Of a DNA stretch of 64,000 nucleotides, positions 52,250-63,889 are shown piece after piece. Positions within the stretch are counted from its first letter, which is position 1, and every line of letters starts with the position of its first letter. Made by a program: the position numbers and the translations under genes. The stretch comes from Moniliella sp. 'wahieum' (taxonomy: Eukaryota), in NCBI GenBank assembly GCA_003971905.1, contig RSEE01000027.1, positions 124,001-188,000 of the forward strand. Reading direction: 5' to 3'. The notes below the pieces were generated by a model, which worked only from the letters and a program-made list of their open reading frames with translations, was not told the origin of the DNA and did no database searches.

Positions 52250-52850
52250 AGTAATTAGCTTTTACACGTTTACGTCGTTTAACGTTTAACCGACAGGGTG
52301 CAGCACTACTGCCTGCTTCACAGCTTCGAGCTTCACTTCAAGCTTCAAGCTCTTCAAGCTGCAGCCGCTGAGGTTCGGCTCGGCTCAGCTAATGCACTAA
52401 TGCTTAGTGACCGTGACCGGTGACCGGCGACCGGTGACCAATGCTAATTGTCACGCGTCACGCGTCACATATCACACGCTAAGCATTCGCAATCGTAAAG
52501 CTAACCAGCGTAAAGCTAACCAGCGTAAAGCTTAAAGCTTAAAGCTAGAAAGCTTAACGCCGCGAGGAATGATCGATGGATCGATGATCGATGGTCTCGA
52601 TAATCGATACTCGATAATCGAAGTCGCTAATCATTATCACCAGCAAAGCTCAAAGGAGGGCGGCTCGCTCAGTGCGCTCAGTCCGTTCAGTGTTGTTCAG
52701 TGGTTCAGTGCTGAGGTACTGAGTACTGACCCGTGGTCGCTTGAAGATTGATCGGTGATCAAGCGTGACGCGTGACGCGTAACGCGTAACGTTACTAGTC
52801 ACTTGTCGCGGCCACTGGTCAATAGTCACCGGTCACCAGTCATCAGTGGT
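52250..52850. repeat. Densest array of 7-bp nnTNAnn tandem/palindromic units (see findings)
   Basis: CTTCAAG-CTTCAAG-CT-CTTCAAG, (TGACCGG)n, (TCACGCG)n, (TAAAGCT)n, TGATCGA, TGAGTACTGA, (TGACGCG)2TAACGCGTAA, TCACCGGTCACCAGTCA. Confidence 0.85.
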
Positions 52851-53060
52851 CTCTCCGCCGGCCGTCACGCTCACGCTTTGCGGTTGACGCACTCGTGTTG
52901 CCACTACGTCGCATAATCCACCAGGCCTCTACGGCGTTGGGGTGGTCGGTCTCCCAAGGGAAAATTTCCAGCTTTCTACCGCCCACTCGCTGGTGCATCC
53001 GCTACCACCACCACTTCGCCCTTGCCGCCCCCTCCACCGCTGTCAACACACCGCGCTCCG

Positions 53061-54583
53061 ATGCCCGAACCTGTCCTTCAGAGCAGCTGGCAAGGCTATG
53101 CCGCCACTACCCAGGACGCTCTCCTCCTCTTCGAGGCCGCAAAGCGGGGCCACATACCCAAGGTGCACCGTCGCCTCAAGCAAGACGAGCGCAAACGCCT
53201 TATCCGCAGTGGCCAGATCTTTGTTTTGACGAGCGCCAGAGTGGCATCAAGCGCTGGACCGATGGCCTCTTTTGGAGTCCGAGCCGCATTCTCAACAACT
53301 TCCTCGTTTACCGTCAAATGAACCGCCGCGCCCCGAACGATGCTTCTTCGTTCCCGTTCATCAATGATCCCTCCTCCCGTCCAAACGCAACCAATTCAGA
53401 TGGCGTTCCATCCCCCGCCGAGCTTGAACTTCAAGCGGCGCGTGACCGCTCCACCAGTCTTGACTCTGGCCTGCCGCCATCCAAGCAGGCTCCCCTGCCT
53501 TCTCGCGTCCTGCTGCCCAGCGGCGCAAGTCGGAGCTGCAGCGCAAGATGGTCGGAAATCTGCATAGCTCGCATCCTTTTGTTGAAAATGGTCTATGCAA
53601 AAAGGTGAGTTCTTGGCTCGAAATGCTCTCTTGAATCCCGCTACTGACGGAAAGCTCCACCAGACCATCTCAATCGAGGTTGATGGCACAACTCACCACT
53701 TGATCTCTTACTATTCATTGGAAGATGTGAGCAGCGGAAAGTTGCGTTCGCCCTCGTCCATGCCCGAGTTTTTCTCGCTCACTATATCGCCCATGTTTCT
53801 AAACGAGAAACACTTTCGTGTGCCCCCGCGCATTGAGGTTGATAGCAACGGAATTCCTCGCTATCGGGGCGAAGGCAGCGATCTGATGCAAAGACGGCCC
53901 TTATTCCCGCGTCTCTCACCTCGTCTGCGTTCTCATCGAGCTCGGGCAAAGCATCTCTGAATCCACCTAGCTCTGTGAATGCCCCCCTCATGGCCGATTC
54001 GTCTCTGCCTACGGGACCTCCTATCTCCTATCGTGTTCCTTCCGCGATGGTTTTAGACACTCTCCCGACCCAAGGCCGAACCCTCTCCCAGTCTCACACT
54101 CGTGGGCTCCCGCGTACTCTTCCCATCTACTCGCTTCCCCGCGTCCATCTAAGCCCATCCGCGCCGTCTCGCAGTCAGGTACTTCAGGCTCTTTGGGCGG
54201 AGAGGAAAGTTACTACGCCCGCTCTTCGCGACGTGTATCGCCCTACCCTACACTTCCTCCTCCGTCACGCTGGGCGCCCCCTTACAATCCTAACCCACAT
54301 CGCCCCACCCCTATACCGTCTTCTGCGCAAATGCTTCGCAGGGCCCATATATGCCAACTCTCCCACCCTTACACCGCGCGCGTCCCGTGCATTCCACTTT
54401 ACCACCTCCTCCCGACTTGGGGGTTTCGAACCTTATGGCTACCTTACCGAACGGCCTCCGCATTCCGTTCCCCCACCGGCGCCTCCGTTTGTCTCCAGTA
54501 CCCCACCTCCGCCTCACTCTGCCACTCCACCTCCGCTTCCACGCGACGATGTGCCTCACGCTTGGGCGTATGCTCAATATTAA
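53061..54583 (+). CDS. Gti1/Pac2 (WOPR) family transcription factor, Wor1/Gti1/Ros1-type
   Basis: WOPRa: WQGYAATTQDALLLFEAAKRG..RRL..ER..IRSGQIFVFDERQSGIKRWTDGLFWSPSRILNNFLVYR; WOPRb: GLCKKTISI..HHLISYYSLEDV..L.SPS; intron 53605-53663 (GTGAGT...CTGAC...CAG). 3' end approximate. Confidence 0.9.
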
Positions 54584-55892
54584 GGTCTCCGTGCCATACC
54601 CTACGGTCCACCTCTCAAGGCTCCTTTTTTCACCTCAGGGATGACGATCTATGACTTCATTTCTATCGGTTCTTTACGTTTGATATCTTTTTCGACACTT
54701 TTCCCCTCTCTTTCTTTCCGTCTTCCCTTTCGTGGGACTCGTCAATGGCATAGATGCCAACAGTACCAAGTGACTACCTGGATCGTAGTTACGTGGGGTG
54801 GATATGGGAGTTGAGTTGAATCCCACGTTCCTGTCCTTCTCTACCGCTGGCTCTTTCCCCTTTCAGCGATAAGGCTTGCTGTGAAATGTCGGTGACCCAG
54901 AACGTCTCGTAATCTCTCATCCGTGAGCAAATGGCGCACCCCGCCCGATACCCGCATGATGGCGAGAGTCCCGGACGAAGGGGATGGAAACACACCTTGG
55001 GTCGTTTTGCTCTTCCCCCCTATACGGAAGGCTGTTGATACTTCCTATACCATGCCATTGGGGAAAGGCATATGATTGGTGAATGTAGTGGGAAATGATA
55101 TAGGATGCGTCGGTGAGGTACGCCTATAGTTGGTTGTCCTATCGTGTTTACAGTGGAAAACGTACCCACTTTGCGTCCTTGTATAATCCTTTCTCTTTCT
55201 CTCATCATGCCCGAACACACTGCGAAGCTCTCTTCGCTCAACCACCCTCGTATCGTCCGCCATGACATGGGCGAAAGTGGTATGCTATGGTGCGCTCCCC
55301 CTTGGTCTCCGACCCAACAACCCAACAACGTGCCTTGCTTCAGAAATACGGAGCGAGTGAGGCCTCCCCTCCACCGGTCTGCCTCCTTCGCAGCGGGAAG
55401 CCTGGGTAGGACTCCGGTGGAGTGGCGCCCCCGGGAGGCAAGCGCCACAGCGAAGAAACCCCCAAAATGAAAGTTTTGGGTCCGTGCGGCAAGGAGACTA
55501 GGAGCGATAGGGTTGGCGGCGAGCCCTCCGCACGGGGGCAGCGAAGCGGGGGCGTGCGGCGGGGGGCGAGTGTCGGGCGCCACGGACAGTGCTCGTGCTG
55601 CGACAGTGTGGCGAAGTGGCCCTCTGGCTCCGATCCAGCCAACACGCAGCGTTTAACGTTCAACTGAACATTCAACCTGGCCCGGCCGCCCGCCCAGCCA
55701 CCCGGCGCTCGGCGCTCCATCCCACGCGTCGGGCGGGCGGTGGATAACACCTGCCACCACCACCACCTGCCAACCCGCCACCGCTACTTCCCTCTCTGCC
55801 TTATTTGCCTCCCCCCCCGCCCCCCCTCCTGCTAAATCAGCTCTTCCCTCTCCCTCACCTGTCCGTGTTTTGCTCAACATCGAGGTGGGACG

Positions 55893-57665
55893 ATGGCAAG
55901 CGACCCCGATGCTGGCTGGCGCTTTGCCCAATGCTTTGGCGACAAAGGCGAGGTCAAGGAGATCACTGAGGGTGCGTTGTGTCGCCCTACCTTGGCTTCC
56001 CGTCTCTGCCTCTTCCCATACTCCCGCGGCTGCGCTCGGCGCAGTGCGGCAGGGCACCTAGAAGATGTTCTGCTCTGCTAACCAATGACTGACCTGTACC
56101 CCCTTTGTTGTTGCCTCACCCCCTGTTCAGCCGACATCATCTCGGCGGTTGAATTTGACCACACTGGAGACTACCTTGCCACTGGTGACAAGGGAGGACG
56201 TGTGGTGCTCTTTGAGCGCAATGACTCGGTACGTGCTCTTAGCATTAGGTGGCTGGACACTTGGCCCGATGGGAATTCGAGAAAGGGAGGCCCCAGCAAG
56301 GCGAAGGAAGAGGCGAGTACTGACGATATGCGATCCAACAGAAAAAAGGTGCGAGTACAAGTTCTACACCGAGTTCCAATCGCACGAGCCCGAGTTTGAC
56401 TACCTCAAGTCGCTCGAAATTGAAGAGAAGATCAACAAGATCAAGTGGTGCCGAAGGCAAAACGCAGCCCATTTCCTGCTCAGCACCAATGGTGCGTCAT
56501 TTCCCGCCCCCGCTTCTCCAGCTTACTGACGCTCTGGACTTTTCCTGGACAGACAAGACGATCAAACTGTGGAAAGTGTTTGAAAAGTCGCTGCAGATGG
56601 TGGCAGAGACAACCTGTCCGAAGGTTTTGCTCCCCCTGTGCTTACACTTCCCGCGCGCTTGTTGACCCAGGGAGCGTCGTTCCTGGCAGCGGGATGCACC
56701 TCCGTCTGCCGCGGATCAACATCCACGACACGATTGTGGCGGCGTACCGCGCAAGATCTATGCCAACGCACATGCTTACCACGTTAATTCCATCTCGGTC
56801 AACTCTGATGCGGAGACGTACATGTCAGCGGACGACCTGCGGATCAATCTGTGGAACCTTAACATCTCGGACCAGTCATTCAACATGGTTGACATTGCCG
56901 GTCAACATGGAGGAGTTGACCGAGGTGATCACTGCCGCCGAATTCCACCCGGTCAACTGCAACCACTTTGTCTATTCCTCCTCCAAAGGCACCATCAAGC
57001 TGGCAGACATGCGCGACTCGGCGTTGTGCGACCAGCATGCCAAACTGTTTGAGGAGGAGGAAGGGGATGCCGCGTCGAAATCCTTCTTTTCCGAAATCAT
57101 CAGCATTTCGGATGTCAAGTTTTCCCATGATGGCCGCTACCTCTTGTCGCGCGACTACCTGACTCTGAAGGTGTGGAGTCAACATGGACCGTGCCCCCGT
57201 GGCCACCATCCCGATCCACGAGCACATCCGCTCCAAGCTGTGCGACTTGTTACGAGAACGACTGCATCTTGACAAATTTAAGCGCTCTGGGGCCCAGACG
57301 ACAAACATGTCCTGACTGGTTCGTACAACAATTATCTCCACATCTTTGACAAGGACCAGCCCGACCCGGCTGCCAGTGGCGTGACGCTGCAGGCAGACAA
57401 GAGCGCGTTTAAGAACAAGAAGCTCGGCGGTAAGGGCCGGGGCAACACACCGGGTCCCGGGCCGGTGGCTCAAGTCGACGTGGACAATGTCGACTTTAGC
57501 AAGAAGATTCTTCACGCCTCGTACCACCCGCGTGAGCACACTGCTGCCATCGCAGCAACCAACAACCTGTCTCTTTACAGCCGCTGGGGCTGGCCAAGCA
57601 CCGCAGATGGTGCAGGCGGTGCAGCCTCCGGCTTCCAGACCATGCCTGCCCAACCGGCCATCTAA
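55893..57665 (+). CDS. CDC55: Protein phosphatase 2A regulatory subunit B55 (Cdc55/Pab1)
   Basis: [128 protein letters not shown]; introns about 55973-56130, 56229-56341 and 56492-56552. Confidence 0.96.
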
Positions 57666-60600
57666 CAAAGCCGGGGGGCAGACCGACGAATAATCTGACG
57701 AATGCTCCACAGCCCTTGTGTTGGAGGCGAGCAGTGAAATTGGCGAGGTTGGAAGCTAGAAGTTGGGGGCTCCCATGGGGCCTGAGATGGCGTAGCTGAA
57801 CATTCATTGCAAGTATAACACATGTACGGGGACGATACGCAGTGTGCATGGATGGTGATGGATGCCCATGACTGTCTGGGCTGAAAGGATGGGAGTTGGG
57901 AAGAGATAGGCGTGGTTCGTAGAGAAAACATTGACGTCGATGATGACGTCGATGTCATGTTGGGCTGGGCAATGGCGCAGCTCTGCGAGAAAATCAGGGG
58001 CTATAGGTAGGGCTGCGATCTGCGATGGTCTGGATCAAAGATCAACCTGATTGCTGAGCTCCAGTGCCCCATCATGCATCATGCATCACTCTCCATGCCA
58101 TGACCCGGTCCGATCAGAGCTGGAGGTGACTGAGAGCCTGCAAACCATACGGGTTGTGGCTCAAGTTGAGCTCCAACATCGTCAAGGAGAGGATGAAGAC
58201 GAGGGAACGATGACGAGTGCGAAAGAAATAATAGGAGCGGCACTGACACCATTGGATGAAGGTGGATTCCGGGCAATTCTTGGTGGGGTGTGGGATGCTT
58301 TCGATCGATGCGTCGAAGAGGGGATAAAGGCGATCGATAGCGGAACCGATATTGAAGAAAGTTAGTTGATTCAGTCTTTTTCTGCTCGGGCGAGAGGCAG
58401 TAGTTGTGCTTGCCTTGGACACAGGACATTTGGCTGGTATAACTCAAAAGAATGGCTCGGCTCCTCGTTTTTCAGAGCTGTTGCACGTAACCGTAACAGA
58501 GGTCAAAAAGGGTCAGATTGACACCAAGGGAAAGCCACAGAATGATGAGCGTTTGAGCTCTGTGTCCATATTGTCTAACGTCACTTGCTGGTGTCGGCAA
58601 AACGAGACGTTGAAGGTTGACAATGTTGACAAGTTGACATGTGCATGCTCAAGGGACGCATTTTGTCCAGGATTATATAGCTCTTTGGCCCTTCTCCACG
58701 AAAAGGCCACAGGCATGTCGTGGGAGAGAGGAGAGGGAAGAGCCACACCGGTGACCTACCACTGCATCCTGTCATGTTCAAGCGAGGGGGGTAGGCACAT
58801 CGGAGCGCATCAGGTGCTGATGAGCATCGACCGCAGTGGTAGCCGATGGGACGAACATACAACACGGGTAACTGGTAAAATAGTTATTGCATGGATGTCA
58901 TCGATAGTGACCTTACTACTAAGGAGTGATTAGTGACTAGTGATTAGTGGTCGCGGATCATCGATTACTCCAGTAGAGCACATTCTGACACTCTGCGCCC
59001 TCGATATGCCAGGCGCTCGCACGCCACACGGATGCCATCGATGGATGAGGCTTCGCATTGGGTCGTCCAGCGGGCGCCCAAAATGGAGCCAAGGCCGCCT
59101 ACGTACATCTGTGCCCGCCGGCTCTTGCAGCTTGGCGAATGCGGAGAATGATTAATGAAGCGTTTGAAGCTTATCAGAATAAGCTTGCAGCGTGCTTCGG
59201 AAGCTTGAAGCTTGAAGCTTGAATCATATCTAGGCTGTGGAGCCCCGCTCGGGCCTGGGGAGGGTACCTGTGGGGGCACACGTTACGGCGATATGCATTA
59301 GTCGTTATCGGGCGGGGTCGGAACGGCCGGGACGCATCATTGGGACTTGGCGTATAGGAAGGGCGGGGAAAAGCTGGAAGGCAGAGCAAGGACGACACGT
59401 ATTATGTTGTGACAAGGGTGGGACACAACATGCAAACAGGTCTCCCCGTGGGATGAATTGCGCAGGGTCCACGGGTGGCGCCGGGTAGCTCTTGTCTATA
59501 GTTTAGTTTAGTGGGGGAGCCAGGGTTCGTGTGGGTCTTGCTGCGTTGCCTATGACAAAAACAACTGCGCAATCCATCACGTTCTGCGGGGGGCCGTGTG
59601 ACGCGTGAGGAACCTGAGTGGGGGTTACGTGTTACGCAATTGGGCCAGGGATTCTTTGGTCTATACTACTCTCAGGAGTATACTCCGCACTGATGTACTG
59701 ATGCAATCACTTTCAAGCATCAAGAAGAGTCCAATCCAAGCCCAAAAGGCGTTTCAAAGACGGGTCTATCATCCCAGGGTTGCTACCACGGTTTGCGTGA
59801 AAAGCGACTACGTAGCTCAGCTAACTCTGATGGGTGTTTGATGATAACGCGTAACGGTGGGTATATTAGTAGACCGGAGGGCCCAAGCTCTCGGGAGCAA
59901 AGCCTTTTGGGCATGCAATGCAATGCAGCCGACGGTGGTTGAAGCTTGAAGCTTGAAGTGTTGAGATCTAATTAAGGCTCTCATGATCTCATGCACCATG
60001 TGCATCACGGCACGCCACTTAGGAAAAGACAGGGGTTCGAAAAGAGGCCCCGTTGTACTCACGTGTATTAAGAGGTCAAAGAAGGGGAGAGGATAGTCGA
60101 TAGATGGGTATACGAGTGCTGTGAAGAGAGCGCTGATGCATGATAGGGAGTCTGAACATCTGAGTGCTAATGTTGAATGCTACTGTGCTGAAGCGGCGAG
60201 CAGGATGCTGATTCGCTTTGATGGAGAACACTCCTCGGTACGTTGGGCGTCACATGTGGGGGTCGGATGAGAGACGTCCCAAGGAAGGGTGGAGATGCAT
60301 GGCATCCGAGAGGAGATATGGCTGAAGCGTTTGTGGTATGCTCTGTTTTAGGCACCTTGACCTTTTCCCGGGAGTATATATATACGGTGCGATCTCCTGA
60401 GATCATCGATCAGACCTTGGCCGAAAGGAGCGCGAATTATGAATCGAACATGGCTATCCGTCTGCATCAACCCACAACCATCCTGAATTATCAATTACAG
60501 TCCAAAACCGCAACGATGGAGCGGCTGTTGTGGCCGAAGCGAAGGAAGGATGATTCATTAGATTGATCAATGTGTTTTTGGCTAGGTTCTAGGGATCTGG

Positions 60601-62260
60601 GAGGTACGTGGTTACATGGTTACAACGGTGAAAGGCTGGCGTGGAGGGGGGATGCGTGGGATTTCGCATGCAGCATGACAAAAAGTCTCTGCGAAGCGGC
60701 GTGCTTAGAATGAAACTTTTGATGGTGGAAGATGGGGTTGGATACTGGGGCCACCGTGAGAGTCGGGCCGAATAGGCTGCTCGTGGCAAAGTATCCAACA
60801 GGGTGGCGAGCTGAGCGCGCTGAGTAACCGAGGACCGGGCGTAGGCCGTCGACACCAACCAAACTTCGCGGCCGCAAAACACGCCGGGGTAAGCGCTAGG
60901 CCCTGGAAGCCAACCGAGGCCGCACCGAGGCCGCACGAATGGCGTCCCTGACCGGTTACCTCACCGGTGATTGGGTGACCGGTCTCCTGCGGTGACCAGT
61001 GACTACTGTGTTATAGTACAGTAGCAGTACCGACTTCAAGCTTCAACGTTCAACGGAGTCGTGACTTCAAGCTACCCTAGTTACTAGTTACTAGTGATTA
61101 ATGATGATCGATTAGTGGCTTCAAGCTTCAAGAGCTTCAAGCTTCACTAGCACTAGTGCTAATGACTAGTGAGAGCTAGTGAGGCCGAGAAGAAGCAAGT
61201 CAGCTAGTCAGATAGGGAGGATTTGACGAGATCAGTACTAGGTTCCTGTGGCCATCAACGAACAGTCGTTAGGCTTTTTAGGCCTTGGGGTTCCAGCGCC
61301 CAGCTCCAGCATTATAGAAGAGCTGAGCCGCTGATGCAGATGTGTGATGGCGTGGACGTGTCCGCGGTACCGCTGGTAATCACCGGCTTCAGGGCCCACA
61401 CGCTCACGGGAAGGCGCGGCAAGTTGTGGAAGGTTTTTAGCTGAAGACCTAAAAAAACTAACGCCGGACTACTAGTAACTAGAAGTAGTAACTGCCGAGG
61501 GGCCGGTAAGCCGGGTGGAGGGCCTGCTGCGAGGCAAGGCTTTCGTGACGGAGCGAGGAGGCGGTGGCGGGAATCGGGAAGAAGGGTGCGTGGCGGCTGG
61601 CTGGTGCGCTGGACGAGCACGGGGGCGGACTGAGTTGGCGAGGGGATGGCTGGAGGCTATTGGATACGGGATGGCGCTGCGATGGGGACGTGTGCGCTGT
61701 GACATGTGACCGGTGACCGGTGACATCACGTCGGGCAGCACCACGTGACACTGTGACGCGGCAGACACATGGCAGATCGAGGGCAGGGCGGAGGATGATA
61801 TCACCGCTCGACCAGAGATCATCGAACATGCATGCATGCCCGCCGTGCTTCCGCTGCATGCGATGCGGGCGGGCGGCGGGCAGGGGGCAGTGGGGGGCGG
61901 GAAAAAAAGGAGGGAAATGCTGGGGTTGGGTGCTGCTGGCTGGTGCCGCCTGGGGCTGGCCAGGGCGGCGTGCGGCCTGACGCCTGACGCTTGAGGCAGC
62001 GCAGCACAGCAGCCGACCGCCCGTGGCTAGTGGCTGGCGCCGGGCGCCCGGGCGGCTGGCGGCTAATAGCACGCGGCTGCCAACTGCGCTTTTCCCCAAA
62101 CCACCATCCGAACGACACCCACGCCCAGAAGCAGCCACCCCAGGCCCCGCCCCGCCCCGCCTCGCCGCCCACACCGTCCGCCCCGCCGCCCACACCGTCC
62201 GCCCCCCTCACCCCCCCCCACCGCCACCGCCACCTCCATCGCGCCCTCACCCGCACCCCT

Positions 62261-63889
62261 ATGCTGAGCACTCCATCACCCTACCCCCTGGTGGAGTCCG
62301 GCGGTCCAATACCAGACGACGCCCAGATCGACCAGAACCGTGCCTCCATCAATGTCGACTACCTCTCCCACCAGTGGACCGACGAGGATGTGTGGTCCAG
62401 CTGGAAGGCCATGACCAAGAAGAAGCATGAGATTGCCAACGGCGTCCGTCTTGAGAACGCCTCCTGGCGCACTTGGGCCAAGCAGCGTGGCAAACTCAAG
62501 ACCATCTCCCCCGAAACACTCAACTGGTGCGTGCCTTCCTCCGTCTCTTTGTTTCCTCCCTCCTCTCGCCCTTTTCCCGCTTTAACCTGGACATCCCTTT
62601 CTGTCCTCCCTGTTTGTAGGCTGAAGGACAGCGACGTTACCTGGCTCTATGGACCTTTGCACGAGCACGCGGACCCCGTTCCGCCACCCAAGGTGGCTAG
62701 CGTCTCCGAACGCTTTGGCCTTGACTTGGGCCACCCGGACCCTTGCTGCCAGCCCTTCCCTCCCCCCTTTCCAGAGCCAGAACCAGACCGGCGTCACCGA
62801 CGGCGCTGCGCCCGAGGCCTACCCCCCGTCAAGCGTCCGGTGGACGAGAGTGGGAACTTGATGGTGGAGGGCAGGGCGCCATTTGCCCATGCCGGATTTG
62901 GAGGGTACGTGAACAAGTCGGGCAAAAAGTCCATTCTGAAGCACCGCACGATTGGTGATATCCTTGCCCACCCGGGCGAGCTGGCCGTGCCGACGACTGA
63001 GCTGGGCGCAGCCAGCAGGGAAGAGAGTGATGCCGAGGGAAGTACCAGCTCCCACCTTGACAAGGGCAAGGCGCGAGCGAGCGATAGCGACGACGCGTCC
63101 GATCCGCCCAAACGCCACATCACCTTCAACACACGTGTTGAGCAGTGCATTGCTCTCGACCCGCTCGTTGGATGATGAGGCCAGCTCGGAAGGGAGTGTA
63201 AGCAGTAGCGAGGACGAGGGCCTCACCATCCCTCGCGCTGGCTCGAGAGAACGTCGGGCCAGTGCCGTTGTTCCCGATGACCCCCCTTCCTCTTCCTCTT
63301 CCTCCGGCACGCATTCCACGATTGCCATGCTGGCACCCACGCGACTCAAGGCATATGGACCCATGGCGCGGGGTGCTCCACATGTGGTTGACCCTCTGGC
63401 TTTGTGTTGGATGAAGAGGAGTATGGGTACGACGAGCCCGCCGCTCGCACCTGGCAGCTGGTCGATGACGACGAAGAAGATGACGAGTACTACCCACGCG
63501 GGGAAGATTACTACCACGATGGCAGCGACGAGTACCTCCCTGCCACGGGGGAGAGCATGTACGACGACGATTTGCGTGACGAGGCCGACATTGATATGCT
63601 GCCCCCAGCCCCGGTAACCTATGCCAGTCCCAACTCTGGGTCGGGAGCTGGGTTTGGGTCTGTGCCTGCCTCGGGTCCCGGCTCCGGGTTGGGCTCGAAC
63701 AGCAGCACTCCTCCTGGCGAGGCTGAGCCGAGGGGCAGACCCTCGCAGCGCTCCCCGTCAACGTCGGAAGAACGGATGCAGGATGCGCGCCGACCCGGCC
63801 GGCGGTACAATGGGTCGTACGCCGCTGCCGCCGCGGCGTCGTTGCCGTCCAAGTACGAAGGCGGCACCAGCTTAGACTATACCGCGTAA
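62261..63889 (+). CDS. Reg1-like PP1 regulatory subunit (DUF1752 domain)
   Basis: VDYLSHQWTDEDVWSSWK..NGVRLENASWRTWAK..KTISPETLNW/LKDSDVTWLYGPL; PP1-docking SILK (KSILK) and RVxF-type KRHITFNTRVEQCIAL; intron 62527-62619. Confidence 0.85.

Noticed and set aside
52250..52850. CRISPR array or cloning polylinker (many restriction-site palindromes)
   Set aside because: No constant repeat with unique spacers, eukaryotic context, and the palindromes are almost only A....T types dispersed over the whole window, unlike a vector MCS.
53061..63889. Functional cluster of regulators (WOPR, PP2A B55, Reg1-like)
   Set aside because: Adjacent signalling genes in fungi are commonly coincidental; no evidence of co-regulation from sequence.
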